Of a stretch of 64,000 nt of DNA, positions 1 to 10,861 are shown one piece after another (positions within the stretch are counted from its first letter, which is position 1; each line of letters opens with the position of its first letter). The notes beneath the pieces were generated by a model, which was not told where the DNA came from, searched no databases, and saw only the letters and a program-made list of their open reading frames with translations. The DNA is from an uncultured Holophagales bacterium. GTDB lineage: Bacteria > Acidobacteriota > Thermoanaerobaculia > Multivoradales > UBA5704. The stretch is taken from contig CAWJGT010000009.1 in assembly GCA_963842525.1 (NCBI GenBank), positions 352,001 to 416,000 of the forward strand, given 5' to 3'. The translations under genes were made by a program, and so were the position numbers.

Positions 1-2104
1 GGGAGCGCTTCACCAGCTTCTCGTAGAGCGCCGCGGCGCGCTCCGGATCGCCGCTCGCGAGCTCGAGCTGAGCGAGTTGCGAGAGGCCGTCGAAATTTTG
101 AGGCTCGATGGCGAGCGCTGCCTCTAACGCCTGACGTGCCCCCGCGGCATCGCCATGGCGGTAGAGCATGCTGCTCAGGTTGGAGTACGTGCTCGGGGCC
201 GGCCGTTGGCGGACGACCTCGCGCATCAAGGCGAGGGCCTCCCGCCGCTGCCCCTTCTGTTCGAGGAACCAGGCCTGTTGTTGCAGGTTGCGGACGTTGC
301 CGGGCTCGAGCCGTCGCAGCCGTTCGAGGGCCGCAGCGGCCTCGTCCATCCTGCCGGCCGCCCGCGCGACCTCGGCCTGCTGCGCGAGGGCCCGGGGATC
401 CTCCGGCGCCACGGTGCGGGCGCGTTCCACCGCCTGGGTGGCGCGCTCCAGATCGGCGCGATTGCGCGTCTCCTCGAAGCGCTTGACCAGGGCGGAGGCC
501 CTTTCCAGGGGCAGCTCCAGAAAGTGGGGAGACGTGCGTTCCAGCCTCTCCAGCGCGGCGACGAGCTCGTCGGTCGCAAAGCCCTGCTCGCGGCGAAGGA
601 ACCGCCGTTTCAGGCGCAGATACGCCTCGTAGTCCTCGGCCCGCACCTCCAGGTCGCGGGCTCCCGGCCGCAGCCGGGCCTCGGGATAGGCGCCGCGCAG
701 GTGCTCGATGACCGCGAAGCTCATTTCCAGGAGGCTGCCGGCGTCGGCGGTGAAGCCCTCGGTCCAGAGCAGATGCCCATCCGCGCCGCGGAGGCGGCGC
801 AGCACCAGCCGGCAGCTTTGGGCGCCACACTCCAGACGCGAGGCAAGAACCTCGTCGGCCGCCAGGACGCGGGCGAGGGCCACCGGATCGGACGCCGCGG
901 GGTCGCCGCTGCCGGGCTCCAGGGCGGCGACGCTGCGGAAGCGGAGCAGGCCCTGGAGGAGCGCTGTGCGCACCGCGCCGGCCGCCAGGTCGAGGTCCCT
1001 GCCTTGGTCCTGCCGGGCCACGACCACGGTCTGCGGAACCGCCACGTACAGCGTCTTTGGAGGGCTCTGAAGCCAGACCGCCACCGCCGCGAGCGTGCCC
1101 AGGGCTGCGACGCCAGCGGCAGCGCGCCCCGCGAGCTTGCCACGGTAGCGGCGGGACCCGGGCAGGATCGTCGGCGTGTCGCGCGGGGTGCGGAGCGGAC
1201 CGCCGTCGCGCGCCTCCCAGGCCGTGTCCTCGGCGGGAAGCGACCTCAGGATCTCGTCGAGCTCGACCAGGGCCTCTGCGGCGCTGTCGGGACGCTTCCG
1301 CGGATCCTTTTCGAGCAGCCGGCCGATGAACCCCGACAGGGCCTCGGGCACGGCCGGATGGACGGACATCACCGGCGGAGGGTCCCAGGTGCAGATGCGG
1401 TGCAGGATCTCCGCAGCGGAGTCGCCGCGGAACGGCGAGTCGCCCGCCGTCATCTCGTAGAGCAGGCTGCCGAGGGCAAAGAGGTCGCTCCGCGGCCCCA
1501 CCTCGCGGCCGCGGACCTGCTCCGGAGACATCGCGGAGAGCGTGCCGACCAGCCTGCCGTCGGTCGAGATCCGGGTCTCGCTGGCCTCAGGGGCGACCCG
1601 ACGGGCCAGGCCGAAGTCGAGGATCTTGGCCTGTTCGACCTTGCCAGGCGAGCTGTCGGCCGTGACCATGACGTTCTCGGCCTTGAGGTCGCGGTGGACG
1701 ATGCCCGCGGCATGGGCCACGGCGAGCCCAACGAGGACGTCGCGGGCGAGGCGCGCTGCACGGCCGGGCGCCAGCGGGCCTTCGTGCAGCAGGTGGCGCA
1801 GCGACCGGCCCTCGACGAGCTCCATGACGATCCAGTCGCCGTCGCCGGACTCGACCCAGTCGAAGATCTGGACGATCGCCGGGTGGTGGAGCCGGGCGAC
1901 GGCCCGCGCCTCGCGCTGAAAGCGCTTGCGGGCTGTGCTGCCCTCTTCCTGCCCGGGCCAGATCCGCTTCAGGGCCACCGGGCGGTCGAGGCGCTCGTCG
2001 AAGCCCGCGTAGACCTCTCCCATCCCGCCGCGGCCGAGGCGGCGGTCGATACGGTACGGCCCGACCGGGCCGGTGCCGGCTCCAGGGGGGAGTGCAGAGG
2101 CCAA
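1..2104 (-). CDS. Ser/Thr protein kinase (Hanks type) with TM segment and C-terminal TPR repeats; 3' end beyond window
   Basis: Manual translation from TTG at 2104 gives LGRGGMGEVY, VALKRI, HRDLKAEN, DFGLA, MSPEQ and SDLFALG, then a hydrophobic segment and TPR-like helices. ORF 155..2194(+) is its antisense shadow. Confidence 0.9.
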   Translation of the reverse strand, partial: MASALPPGAGTGPVGPYRIDRRLGRGGMGEVYAGFDERLDRPVALKRIWPGQEEGSTARKRFQREARAVARLHHPAIVQIFDWVESGDGDWIVMELVEGRSLRHLLHEGPLAPGRAARLARDVLVGLAVAHAAGIVHRDLKAENVMVTADSSPGKVEQAKILDFGLARRVAPEASETRISTDGRLVGTLSAMSPEQVRGREVGPRSDLFALGSLLYEMTAGDSPFRGDSAAEILHRICTWDPPPVMSVHPAVPEALSGFIGRLLEKDPRKRPDSAAEALVELDEILRSLPAEDTAWEARDGGPLRTPRDTPTILPGSRRYRGKLAGRAAAGVAALGTLAAVAVWLQSPPKTLYVAVPQTVVVARQDQGRDLDLAAGAVRTALLQGLLRFRSVAALEPGSGDPAASDPVALARVLAADEVLASRLECGAQSCRLVLRRLRGADGHLLWTEGFTADAGSLLEMSFAVIEHLRGAYPEARLRPGARDLEVRAEDYEAYLRLKRRFLRREQGFATDELVAALERLERTSPHFLELPLERASALVKRFEETRNRADLERATQAVERARTVAPEDPRALAQQAEVARAAGRMDEAAAALERLRRLEPGNVRNLQQQAWFLEQKGQRREALALMREVVRQRPAPSTYSNLSSMLYRHGDAAGARQALEAALAIEPQNFDGLSQLAQLELASGDPERAAALYEKLVKRS

Positions 2105-2123
2105 GGCGTCGTCCTCGCGCCGG

Positions 2124-2820
2124 TCAGGTGCCGGGCTCCACCGGGCAGTAGAGATCCCGCCGCCGTTCCAGGTCCTCGACCACGGCGCGCTTGAAGCCGC
2201 GTGGACCGCCCTCGGCCATGCGGGCTTCGCGGTAGGCGGCGATGTCCAGCACCTCCAGCCGCATGCGGATCTTCTTGAAGAGGCGCGGAAAGCGCTCTCC
2301 CGGGACCTGGACGTGGTGCAGGCCGCCGCTGTAGGCGAGCAGCATCCTCCCTTCGCCGATCGTCTCCAGGATGTCGGCGATGCCGCCGCGCACCGTCATC
2401 GGCTTGCCGTCGGCGTCGAGCCCGGTGGCGCGCTTCATCCGCCCTTCGGGGAGGATGAGGACCATGGCGTCGGGATCGATCTGGCGCAGCACCTCGCGCC
2501 AGGACTCGTCGCGCTCGCGGGTGATCGAGATCACCCGCTTCGCCACCAGGCCGTAGAACCGGCCCACCACGGGACGGCCGGCGGTCTTCTGCGCGATCGG
2601 CACCACGCCGTGGCGGGCGAGCCGCCAGAGGAAGGAGATCGGGCGGGCCGCCGGCGAACAGCGCCTCGTAGAGGCTCGTGTGGTTGAGGATGGCAACCAC
2701 GCGGTGACCCCGCCAGGGGTGCGGCGGGACGTCGCCGATGAATTTCATGTCGATCCGGTAGAAGGTCCGCGCCAGCACCTTCACCACGACCAGGAAGAGG
2801 AAGACCAGATAGTCGCGCAC
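2124..2820 (-). CDS. Lysophospholipid/1-acyl-glycerol-3-phosphate acyltransferase family protein (frameshift near 2640)
   Basis: NHTSLYE (HX4D/E-like) lies in one frame and ILPEGRM in the next. TAGAAT lies 8 nt upstream of GTG 2820. Confidence 0.75.
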
Positions 2821-2855
2821 GCGGGGGGATTCTAACCTGATAGGCTGATGCACGA

Positions 2856-3737
2856 ATGGCACCGACCGGCCCCCAGCCGCCCGTCTCGGCGATCATCACC
2901 ACCTTCAACGAGGAGCAGCACATCGCCGGGTGTATCGAGTCGCTCCTCTGGTGCGACGAGATCCTGGTCGTCGACTCCTTCTCGACCGACCGCACGGCGG
3001 AGATCGCGCAGGGCTACGAGAAGGTCCGCTTCGTCCAGCGCACCTACTTCGGGTCGGCGTCGCAGAAGAACTGGGCCATGACCCAGGTCGAGCACGACTG
3101 GATCCTGATCTTCGACGCCGACGAGCGGTGCACCCCGGCCTTGCAGAGAGAGATCCAGAGCCTCCTTGCCGGGAATCCCACCCACGAGGCCTACACCATC
3201 AAGCGCCGCGTCTGGTTCCTGGGCAAGGTGATCCGCTTCTCCGGCTGGCAGCACGACCGCGTGGTCCGCCTGGTCCGCAAGGGATCGGCCCACTACCCCA
3301 ACCGCCGGGTCCACGCCGACATGATCACCCGCGGGCCGGCCCCGATCCTGAAGAGCCCCATGGAGCACTACATGACGGACTCGTTCGACGAGTACGTCCG
3401 GCGGATCGAGAAGTACAGCTTCTGGGGCGCGGCGCAGAACTGGAAGGAGCGCAAGCGGTCGGGCTTCGTCGAGGTCTTCGGCCGCTCGGGCTGGCGCTTC
3501 CTGCGTACCTACATCTTCCAGCTCGGCATCCTCGACGGCATGCACGGCCTGGTCTTCTGCATGCTCCAGGCGTACGGCACCTACCTCAAGTGGTCGCTCC
3601 TCTGGGGCTGGCACGTCAACGCCGCCCAGGGGCGCCAGCCGGTCCTGCCGATCTTCGACGACGACGAGAGCACCTGGCGCGGCCTGGAAGACGAGAACGC
3701 CGCCGGTGCCGAGCCGCACACCGACGCTCCGGCGTAA
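2856..3737 (+). CDS. Glycosyltransferase family 2 (WaaE/KdtX-like)
   Basis: IITTFNEE, VVDSFSTDRT, WILIFDADE (DxD) and RVH motifs. Confidence 0.9.
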   Translation: MAPTGPQPPVSAIITTFNEEQHIAGCIESLLWCDEILVVDSFSTDRTAEIAQGYEKVRFVQRTYFGSASQKNWAMTQVEHDWILIFDADERCTPALQREIQSLLAGNPTHEAYTIKRRVWFLGKVIRFSGWQHDRVVRLVRKGSAHYPNRRVHADMITRGPAPILKSPMEHYMTDSFDEYVRRIEKYSFWGAAQNWKERKRSGFVEVFGRSGWRFLRTYIFQLGILDGMHGLVFCMLQAYGTYLKWSLLWGWHVNAAQGRQPVLPIFDDDESTWRGLEDENAAGAEPHTDAPA

Positions 3738-3828
3738 AGCGCTCCTGTAACCTTTCCTGCCCTTCCGGCGTAAGCACGGTTGACAGGGGAACCTGCATCC
3801 GCCTTTCTCCGTCTTATCCGCAGGAGGG

Positions 3829-6288
3829 ATGAGCCTCATGAGCGCAGTCACGCGAGATCTCCGGTTCGGGCTCCGCCTGCTGTTCAAGAACCCCGGGCAC
3901 ACCATCGCGGCGATCCTCGCCCTGGCCTTGGGCATCGGGTTGTCGACCGCGATGTTCAGCATCGTCTATGGAGCGATCTTCCGCGGGCTCCCCTTCGAGG
4001 AGCCCGAACGGATCATGCACCTGGAGACGGCGAATCCTTCCCGCGACGAGCCCAGCCGCGAGGTCTTCCTGCACGACTTCCTCGACTGGCAACGGCGCCA
4101 GTCTTCCTTGGAGAGCCTGACCGGGTACTACACGGGCACGCTCAACCTGAGCAGTGCCGGGCAAGGGGGGGAGAAGCCCGAGCGCTTCGACGGCGGGTTC
4201 GTCTCCAGCGGCTTGCTGCGCGCCCTGCGCGTGCAGCCGGTCCTGGGCCGGGGCCTCCAGCCCGCTGACGACTCGCCCAATGCCGAGCCGGTGGCCCTGC
4301 TGAGCTGGGGCGTCTGGAAGGCCCGCTACGGCGGAGGTCCAGAGGTCGTGGGGCGGCCGGTGCGCATCAACGGCGTGGCGGGCACGATCATCGGCGTGAT
4401 GCCGCAGGGCTTCGCCTTCCCCGAGGCGGAGCAGGTGTGGACCAACCTGCGGCTGGATCCGCTGCGCATCGAGCGTGGAGAAGGAGAGACCCTGGAGGTC
4501 CTCGGCCGCCTGAAGCCGGGCGTGACGATCGAGCAGGCCCGGGCGGAGATGCAGACGATCGCCAAAGGGCTTGCCGCCGCGCACCCGAAGACCAACGAGG
4601 GGCTGGAGGCGCGCGTCAAGCCGCTCATGGACGAGTTCATGGAGGGACCGATCCGCGGCCTCCTCCTGACCATGCTCGGCGCCTGTCTCTTCGTCCTCCT
4701 GATCGCGTGCACCAACGTGGCGAGCCTGCTCATGGCCCGCGCCTCGCGCCGCACCCGCGAGCTGGCCATCCGCTCGACCCTGGGGGCGCCGCGCGGGCGG
4801 CTCGTCGGCCAGCTCCTGCTCGAGAGCCTGCTGCTCTCCTTCGCCGGCGCGGTCCCGGGCGTGCTCCTCGCCGCCTGGGGCGTACAGCTCTTCAACAACT
4901 CGATCGCGGAGCGCAATCCGCCATTCTGGATCCATATCGCCATCGATCCCGTGGCGCTGGCCTTCGCCTTCGGGACGGCGCTCCTGGCGGCCCTCGTCTC
5001 GGGGCTGATGCCGGCGCTCCAGGCCTCGCGGCCGGACGTCACGGACGTGCTCAAGGACGAGGGGCGCGGCAGCTCCGGCCTGCGCCCCGGGCGGATGAGC
5101 CGCCTGGTGGTCATCTTCGAGGTGGCCCTCTCCTGCCTGCTGCTGATCGGCGCCGGGCTGATGGTCAGGAGCATCGTCAAGCTGCGCACCCTGGACCTGG
5201 GCTTCGAGGAGAAGGGGATCCTCACGGCGCGCATCGCCCTGTTCGAGAGCGTCTACCCGGAGGAAAAGGACCGCGTCCGGTTCTTCGACCAGCTCATGGA
5301 CCGGCTGCGCGCGCATCCCGGGACCGTGACGGCGACCGCGAGCACCCTGTTGCCGGGCAACAACGGTGGCCTGACCCGTTTCGAGGTCGCCGGCCGCGCC
5401 TACGCCACCGAGCAGGAACAGCCGCTCACCTGGTTCGGCAGCGTCTCCGAGGACTGGTTCGAGACTTTCCGCATCCCCTTGCGGCGGGGGCGCGACTTCA
5501 ACCGGCTCGACACGCCCGACAGCCTGCCCGTGGCGATCGTCAACGAGAGCTTCGCCAGGACGGCCTGGCCGGGGGAGGACCCGCTCGGCCGGCAGATCCG
5601 CCTGTCCGGCCCGGACGCGGAGGGAGAAAAGTGGCGCACCGTGGTCGGGGTCGTGGCAGACAGCCAGATCGCCAGCTCGGAGGAGAGCGAGGAGTTCGAG
5701 CGGAAGGAGGGCCTCTACCTCCCGCTCGCCCAGGGCTGTCCCGGCTTCGTGAGCGTCGCGATCCGCACCCGGCAGGAGGCGGACCCGGCCGCCTTCACCG
5801 GGACGCTGCGCCAGGCGATCGCCACGATCGATCCGGACCTGCCCATCTATTGGCCCTATACGATGGAGGAGGTCCTGGTGCGGAGCCGCTTCTTCTCCAC
5901 CCTGTTCGGCACGCTTTTCGCCATCTTCGGCCTGAGCGCCCTGGTCCTGGCCTCGGTGGGCATCTACGGAGTGATCGCCTTCTCGGTGCAGCAGCGGACG
6001 CAGGAGATCGGCATCCGCATGGCGCTCGGCGCGCGGCGGCAGACCGTGCTCGGGCTGATCCTGCGGCAGGGGATGTGGCAGCTCGGCGTCGGCCTCGTCC
6101 TCGGCCTGCTCGGCGCCTGGCCGGTGTCGAAGCTGCTGGCGAACGTCCTGGTGGGCGTGAAACCGAACGATCCGGCGACCTTCGCCCTGGTGTCGTTCGT
6201 GCTCGCGCTGGTCGCCTTCGTGGCCTGCTGGCTGCCGGCCCATCGAGCCTCGGAGACCGATCCGCTGGTGGCGATCCGATACGATTGA
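3829..6288 (+). CDS. Duplicated MacB/FtsX-type permease (ADOP-like orphan permease), copy 1
   Basis: Two MacB-periplasmic + FtsX repeats; LALGIG, LLIACTNVASL, EIGIRMALGA and C-terminal DPLVAIRYD; SD AGGAGG upstream. Confidence 0.93.
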   Translation: MSLMSAVTRDLRFGLRLLFKNPGHTIAAILALALGIGLSTAMFSIVYGAIFRGLPFEEPERIMHLETANPSRDEPSREVFLHDFLDWQRRQSSLESLTGYYTGTLNLSSAGQGGEKPERFDGGFVSSGLLRALRVQPVLGRGLQPADDSPNAEPVALLSWGVWKARYGGGPEVVGRPVRINGVAGTIIGVMPQGFAFPEAEQVWTNLRLDPLRIERGEGETLEVLGRLKPGVTIEQARAEMQTIAKGLAAAHPKTNEGLEARVKPLMDEFMEGPIRGLLLTMLGACLFVLLIACTNVASLLMARASRRTRELAIRSTLGAPRGRLVGQLLLESLLLSFAGAVPGVLLAAWGVQLFNNSIAERNPPFWIHIAIDPVALAFAFGTALLAALVSGLMPALQASRPDVTDVLKDEGRGSSGLRPGRMSRLVVIFEVALSCLLLIGAGLMVRSIVKLRTLDLGFEEKGILTARIALFESVYPEEKDRVRFFDQLMDRLRAHPGTVTATASTLLPGNNGGLTRFEVAGRAYATEQEQPLTWFGSVSEDWFETFRIPLRRGRDFNRLDTPDSLPVAIVNESFARTAWPGEDPLGRQIRLSGPDAEGEKWRTVVGVVADSQIASSEESEEFERKEGLYLPLAQGCPGFVSVAIRTRQEADPAAFTGTLRQAIATIDPDLPIYWPYTMEEVLVRSRFFSTLFGTLFAIFGLSALVLASVGIYGVIAFSVQQRTQEIGIRMALGARRQTVLGLILRQGMWQLGVGLVLGLLGAWPVSKLLANVLVGVKPNDPATFALVSFVLALVAFVACWLPAHRASETDPLVAIRYD

Positions 6289-6351
6289 CCTCGTCCTGGA
6301 CGGCTACGTCTCGCCCTCCGTAGTATCCAGAGACTGCGGAGGGACGATCCC

Positions 6352-8814
6352 ATGACCATGATCGCGCGTGACGTTCGGTTCGGGCTGCGCCTGCTGGGGA
6401 AGAGCCCCGGCCACACCCTGGCGGCTGTGGTGGCCCTGACGCTGGGCATCGGGCTGTCGACCGCGATGTTCAGCGTCGTCTACGGCCTCATTTTCCGCGG
6501 GCTGCCGTTGGACGAGCCCGAGCGAATCCTCTACCTGGAGACCGCCCGTCCCTCCAAGGACCAGCCCAGCCTGGCGGTCCCTCTCCGCGACTTTCTCGAC
6601 TGGCGCCGCCGCCAGACCTCCTTCGAAGAGCTGGCCGCCTACTATCCGGGGACGATCATCCTGACCGGCGCAGGAGAGAAGGGCGAGAGGCCGGCCGAGC
6701 GCTTCGACGGCGCGTTCGTCAGCAGCGGGCTCCTGCCCGTGCTCCGGGTCCGGCCGCTCCTGGGCCGCGGCATCCAGCCGGGCGACGAAGCGCCGGGCGC
6801 CGCGCCGGTGGTCGTGCTCGGCTGGGGCGTCTGGAGGAGCCGCTACGGGGGCGACCCCCATGTGGTCGGCCGGACGGTCCGGATCAACGGCACGCCGGGC
6901 ACGATCGCCGGCGTCATGCCCCAGGGCTTCTCGTTCCCCATGCTGGAGCAGGCGTGGACCAACTTTCCCCTGGATCCGTTACGGGGCAGCCGTGGCTACC
7001 GCGAAACCGTGGCGGTGATCGGCCGCCTGAAACCGGAGGCCACCCGCGCGGCGGCGCGGGCCGAGATGGAAGGGATCGCCCGCGCGCTCGCCGCCGAGCG
7101 GCCGGACACCAACGAAGGGCTGGACGCCATCGTCAAGCCGCTCGGCGACGAATACGTGCCGCGGTCGATCCGCATGATGCTCTACGTCATGCTGGCGTGC
7201 TGCCTCTTCGTCCTCCTCATCGCCTGCACCAACGTGGCGAGCCTGTTGATGGCGCGAGCCTCACGCCGCACCCGCGAGCTCGCCGTCCGTTCGGCCCTGG
7301 GGGCGCAGCGCAGGACCCTGGTGCGCCAGCTCCTGCTCGAGAGCCTGCTGCTCTCGCTGCTGGGCGCCGTCCCGGGGGTCCTCCTGGCCGGCTGGGCCCT
7401 GGACTTCCTCAATGCAGCCATCGGCCTGATGAACCCGCCCTACTGGGTGCGGATCGCGCTCGACCCCGCCTCGCTGGTGTTCGCTCTGGGCCTGACCCTG
7501 CTGGCCGCCCTCGTGGCGGGGCTGATGCCGGCGCTCCAGGCCTCCCGGCCGGACATTACCGATGTGCTCAAGGACGAAGGGCGCGGCGGCCCGGCCCTGA
7601 TCCTCGGCCGGCTCAGCCGGTTTGTGGTCGTCGGCGAGCTGACGCTCTCGTGCCTGCTGCTGGTCTTCACGGGATTGATGGTCAAGAGCGTCATCAAGCT
7701 GCGGACGGTGGAGCTCGGCTTCGACCAGAAGGACGTGCTGACCGCCCGGGTCCCCTTCTTCGAGACTTCCTACCCCGAGGAGGCGGACCGCATTGCCTTC
7801 GTCGACCAGCTCGTGGCGCGGCTGCACGGGCACCCCGGAGCCCAGGCCGCGGCCACGACGACCATGCTGCCCGGCAACGGCGGCCCCACGAGCCTCTATA
7901 CCGTGGCCGGCCGCTCCTATCCCCGTCCGGAGGACCGGCCGGTCACCTGGACGGCCAGCATCTCTCCCGGCTATTTCGACACCTTCCGCATCCCGCTGCG
8001 CCACGGCCGGGATTTCGGTCCTCTCGACAAGGCCGGCGGCCTCCCTGTCCTGATCGTCAGCGAGAGCTTTGCCCGCGCCGCTTGGCCTGGGCAGAACCCC
8101 CTCGGCCGGCAGGTGCGGCTGGTCGGCGAGGAGGATGAGAAGGGGGAGGAGGCGGAGGCGCAGCCCTGGCGCACCGTGGTGGGTGTGGCGGCGGACACCG
8201 AGATCTCTGTCGGGACCCGCCAGGCCCAGTGGACCGAGATGGTCTATCTGCCTCTGGCCCAGGGCTGTCCCCGCTTCGTGAGCCTGGCCATCAAGACCCG
8301 CCAGGGGAAGCCGGAGGCCTTCACCGAAAGCCTGCGCGCCGTGGTCGCGGGCCTCGACAGCGACATGGCCGCCTACCGGATCTCCAGCCTGGAGGAGCTG
8401 CTAGCGCGCAACCAATTCCACAGCAACCTGTTCGCGATCCTGTTCGCGATCTTCGGCCTGAGCGCGCTGCTGCTGGCCTCGGTGGGCATCTATGGAGTGA
8501 TCGCGTTTTCGGTGGAGCAGCGCACGCGGGAGATCGGCGTCCGCTTGGCGCTCGGGGCGCGCCGGGAGAGCGTGCTCGGCCTGATCCTGGGGCAAGGGAT
8601 GAGGCAGCTCGCGATCGGCCTCGGCCTCGGACTGCTCCTCGCCTGGCCGGCAGTGCGGGTGCTGCGGCGCTTCCTCTTCGGGGTGCAGCCGAACGACCCC
8701 GCCACCTTCGCCACGGTCGCGCTCGTCCTCACGTTCATCGCCTTTGCCGCCTGCTGGTTCCCGGCCCGGCGCGCGGCGGCGACCGATCCGCTGGTGGCAA
8801 TCCGGTACGATTGA
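6352..8814 (+). CDS. Duplicated MacB/FtsX-type permease (ADOP-like orphan permease), copy 2
   Basis: Paralog of 3829..6288 with the same motifs and an identical C-terminal DPLVAIRYD. Confidence 0.93.
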   Translation: MTMIARDVRFGLRLLGKSPGHTLAAVVALTLGIGLSTAMFSVVYGLIFRGLPLDEPERILYLETARPSKDQPSLAVPLRDFLDWRRRQTSFEELAAYYPGTIILTGAGEKGERPAERFDGAFVSSGLLPVLRVRPLLGRGIQPGDEAPGAAPVVVLGWGVWRSRYGGDPHVVGRTVRINGTPGTIAGVMPQGFSFPMLEQAWTNFPLDPLRGSRGYRETVAVIGRLKPEATRAAARAEMEGIARALAAERPDTNEGLDAIVKPLGDEYVPRSIRMMLYVMLACCLFVLLIACTNVASLLMARASRRTRELAVRSALGAQRRTLVRQLLLESLLLSLLGAVPGVLLAGWALDFLNAAIGLMNPPYWVRIALDPASLVFALGLTLLAALVAGLMPALQASRPDITDVLKDEGRGGPALILGRLSRFVVVGELTLSCLLLVFTGLMVKSVIKLRTVELGFDQKDVLTARVPFFETSYPEEADRIAFVDQLVARLHGHPGAQAAATTTMLPGNGGPTSLYTVAGRSYPRPEDRPVTWTASISPGYFDTFRIPLRHGRDFGPLDKAGGLPVLIVSESFARAAWPGQNPLGRQVRLVGEEDEKGEEAEAQPWRTVVGVAADTEISVGTRQAQWTEMVYLPLAQGCPRFVSLAIKTRQGKPEAFTESLRAVVAGLDSDMAAYRISSLEELLARNQFHSNLFAILFAIFGLSALLLASVGIYGVIAFSVEQRTREIGVRLALGARRESVLGLILGQGMRQLAIGLGLGLLLAWPAVRVLRRFLFGVQPNDPATFATVALVLTFIAFAACWFPARRAAATDPLVAIRYD

Positions 8815-8817
8815 AGC

Positions 8818-9987
8818 ATGACGCCTCCCGCACCAGCCCTCCTCTCCCTCTTGCGTCAGCGTCAGGGAGAGATGGTGGAGCTGCTGCGAGACCTGGCGCG
8901 GCTCGAAACCCCTTCCCTCGTCCCGGAGACTCAGGAGGCGGTCTTCGCGCGGCTCGCTGATGAGCTTTCCGGAGCCGGGCTGGTCGTGCGCCGCGTGCGC
9001 GGCCGGACGAGCGGCGGCCAGATCTGGGCCGCGTCGCCCAGGGCCGCGCGGAACGGTCAGAGCGCCCAGCTCCTCGTCGGCCACTGCGACACGGTCTGGC
9101 CGCTGGGGACTGTCGAGCGGATGCCGGTCGAGGTCCGCGACGGCCGGCTCGCCGGGCCTGGCGTCTTCGACATGAAAGGCGGGCTTGTGCAGGGGATCTT
9201 CGCCCTGCGCGCCATGGCCGAGCTGCGAATTGAGCCGCCGCTCGCGCCGGTCGTCTTCGTCAGCTCGGACGAGGAGATCGGCAGCGCCGACTCCATGCCG
9301 CTCCTCCTGCGGCTGGCCCGCCGCGCCCGCCGGGTCTACGTCCTGGAGCCGGCGCTCGGGCCTGCGGGGAAGCTCAAGACCCGCCGCAAGGGCTCGCTCC
9401 GCTTCACGATCCGGGTCCACGGGCGGGCGGCCCATTCAGGGCTCGATCCGGAGAAGGGAGCGAGCGCTGTCCTGGAGCTCGCTCACGTCATCCGCAGCCT
9501 GTACGACCTGGCAGATCCGGAACGCGGCGTGAGCATCAACGTCGGGGTGGTCTCCGGAGGCATCCGCCGCAACGTGGTGGCGCCTGCGGCGCAGGCCGAG
9601 GTCGATGTCCGGGTGCTGCGCATGGAAGATGCCCGGGAGATTGAGCGGGCCATCCGATCGCTCCAGCCGCGGACGCCGGGAACGAGCCTGGAGGTCGAAG
9701 GCGGGCTCGACCGGCCGCCGCTCGAAGCCACGCCGGGCAATCGTCTGCTCTGGCAGGCGGCCGAGCGCTGCGCCCGGGAGCTGGGCGTCGAGCTGGGGGA
9801 GGGCACGGCCGGCGGCGCTTCCGACGGCAGCTTCACCAGCCAGATCGTCCCCACCCTGGACGGCCTCGGCGCGGTCGGCGACGGTGCCCATGCCGATCAC
9901 GAGCACGTGCTGGTCGACCGTATGCCCGAGCGCGCGGCCCTGTTGGCACTGCTGTTGCTGGAGCCTCACGTGCCTGGTGTATTGTGA
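8818..9987 (+). CDS. M20 family metallopeptidase (carboxypeptidase G2-like)
   Basis: GHCDTV, GPGVFDMKGG, SDEEIGS, GRAAHSG, GGASDG and AHADHE motifs. Confidence 0.92.
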   Translation: MTPPAPALLSLLRQRQGEMVELLRDLARLETPSLVPETQEAVFARLADELSGAGLVVRRVRGRTSGGQIWAASPRAARNGQSAQLLVGHCDTVWPLGTVERMPVEVRDGRLAGPGVFDMKGGLVQGIFALRAMAELRIEPPLAPVVFVSSDEEIGSADSMPLLLRLARRARRVYVLEPALGPAGKLKTRRKGSLRFTIRVHGRAAHSGLDPEKGASAVLELAHVIRSLYDLADPERGVSINVGVVSGGIRRNVVAPAAQAEVDVRVLRMEDAREIERAIRSLQPRTPGTSLEVEGGLDRPPLEATPGNRLLWQAAERCARELGVELGEGTAGGASDGSFTSQIVPTLDGLGAVGDGAHADHEHVLVDRMPERAALLALLLLEPHVPGVL

Positions 9988-10064
9988 CGGTGAGGATCGT
10001 ATAAAGGGAATGCATCCCCGCGGCCAGGGGGGCCGCGGTGCACCGGGTGGAAGGAGACAGTCGG

Positions 10065-10784
10065 ATGCGATGGGTGGCTTTGCTGTTCGTCCTGCTGGTC
10101 GCGGTGAGCGCTGGACCGGCCGCCGCAGGAACCTCGAAATCTTCAAATCCTGCCCTCACCAAAGACGAGACCCGCCGGGCCGAGCAGTGGCTCAAGGAAC
10201 TCGGCTTCTGGACAGGTCCCGTGGACGGCGTCTGGGACGGCGCCACGCGCCATGCCCTGGTCGCTTTTCAGAAGATCCAGGGAGCGAAGGCTACGGGGCG
10301 GCTGACCCGGGCCGAGTACAACGCCCTGTCGATGGCGGTGGCGCCGCGGCCCAGGCAGAAGAACGGGCCACACCTGGAGGTGGACCTCGCGCGGCAGGTC
10401 CTCTTCCTGGTCGACGCCGAGGGGAAGGTGGGCAACGTCCTGCCGATCTCCTCGGGCTCGGGCAAGCGCTTCTACGAGAACGGCTATCCGGAGACCCGGG
10501 CCATCACTCCCTGCGGCCGTCTGGAGGTCTACCAGAAGCTCTCCGGCTGGAAGACCAGCCCGCTGGGAGAGATGCACAACCCCATGTACATCGTGGGCGG
10601 CATCGCCATCCACGGCAGCCTGGACGTCCCGGCCTATCCGGCGAGCCACGGCTGCATCCGCATCCCGATGTTCGCCTCGAGCAGCCTGCCGAAGATGGTC
10701 CCGGTCGGCACCCCGGTCTACGTCTACGGCTGCAAGGACGAGGAGCCGAAGCCGGCGGCCGTGGCGGAGATCGCGCCGAAATAG
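10065..10784 (+). CDS. Secreted L,D-transpeptidase (YkuD) with peptidoglycan-binding domain
   Basis: Signal peptide, PG-binding motif GPVDG..T..ALVAFQ, and catalytic AIHG...SHGCIR. Confidence 0.88.
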   Translation: MRWVALLFVLLVAVSAGPAAAGTSKSSNPALTKDETRRAEQWLKELGFWTGPVDGVWDGATRHALVAFQKIQGAKATGRLTRAEYNALSMAVAPRPRQKNGPHLEVDLARQVLFLVDAEGKVGNVLPISSGSGKRFYENGYPETRAITPCGRLEVYQKLSGWKTSPLGEMHNPMYIVGGIAIHGSLDVPAYPASHGCIRIPMFASSSLPKMVPVGTPVYVYGCKDEEPKPAAVAEIAPK

Positions 10785-10861
10785 ACCTCAAACCCATGCG
10801 AGACGGGAACATTTTTGCAACTCTTCCCGTCTAACATGGCAGAGGTTACCTCCTGGACATA

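Noticed and set aside
155-2194. 679-aa plus-strand ORF and similar long ORFs (3814..6243-, 21663..24137+, 34571..37453-, 59698..62265-)
   Set aside because: These are antisense shadows of well-supported genes, as expected in high-GC DNA.
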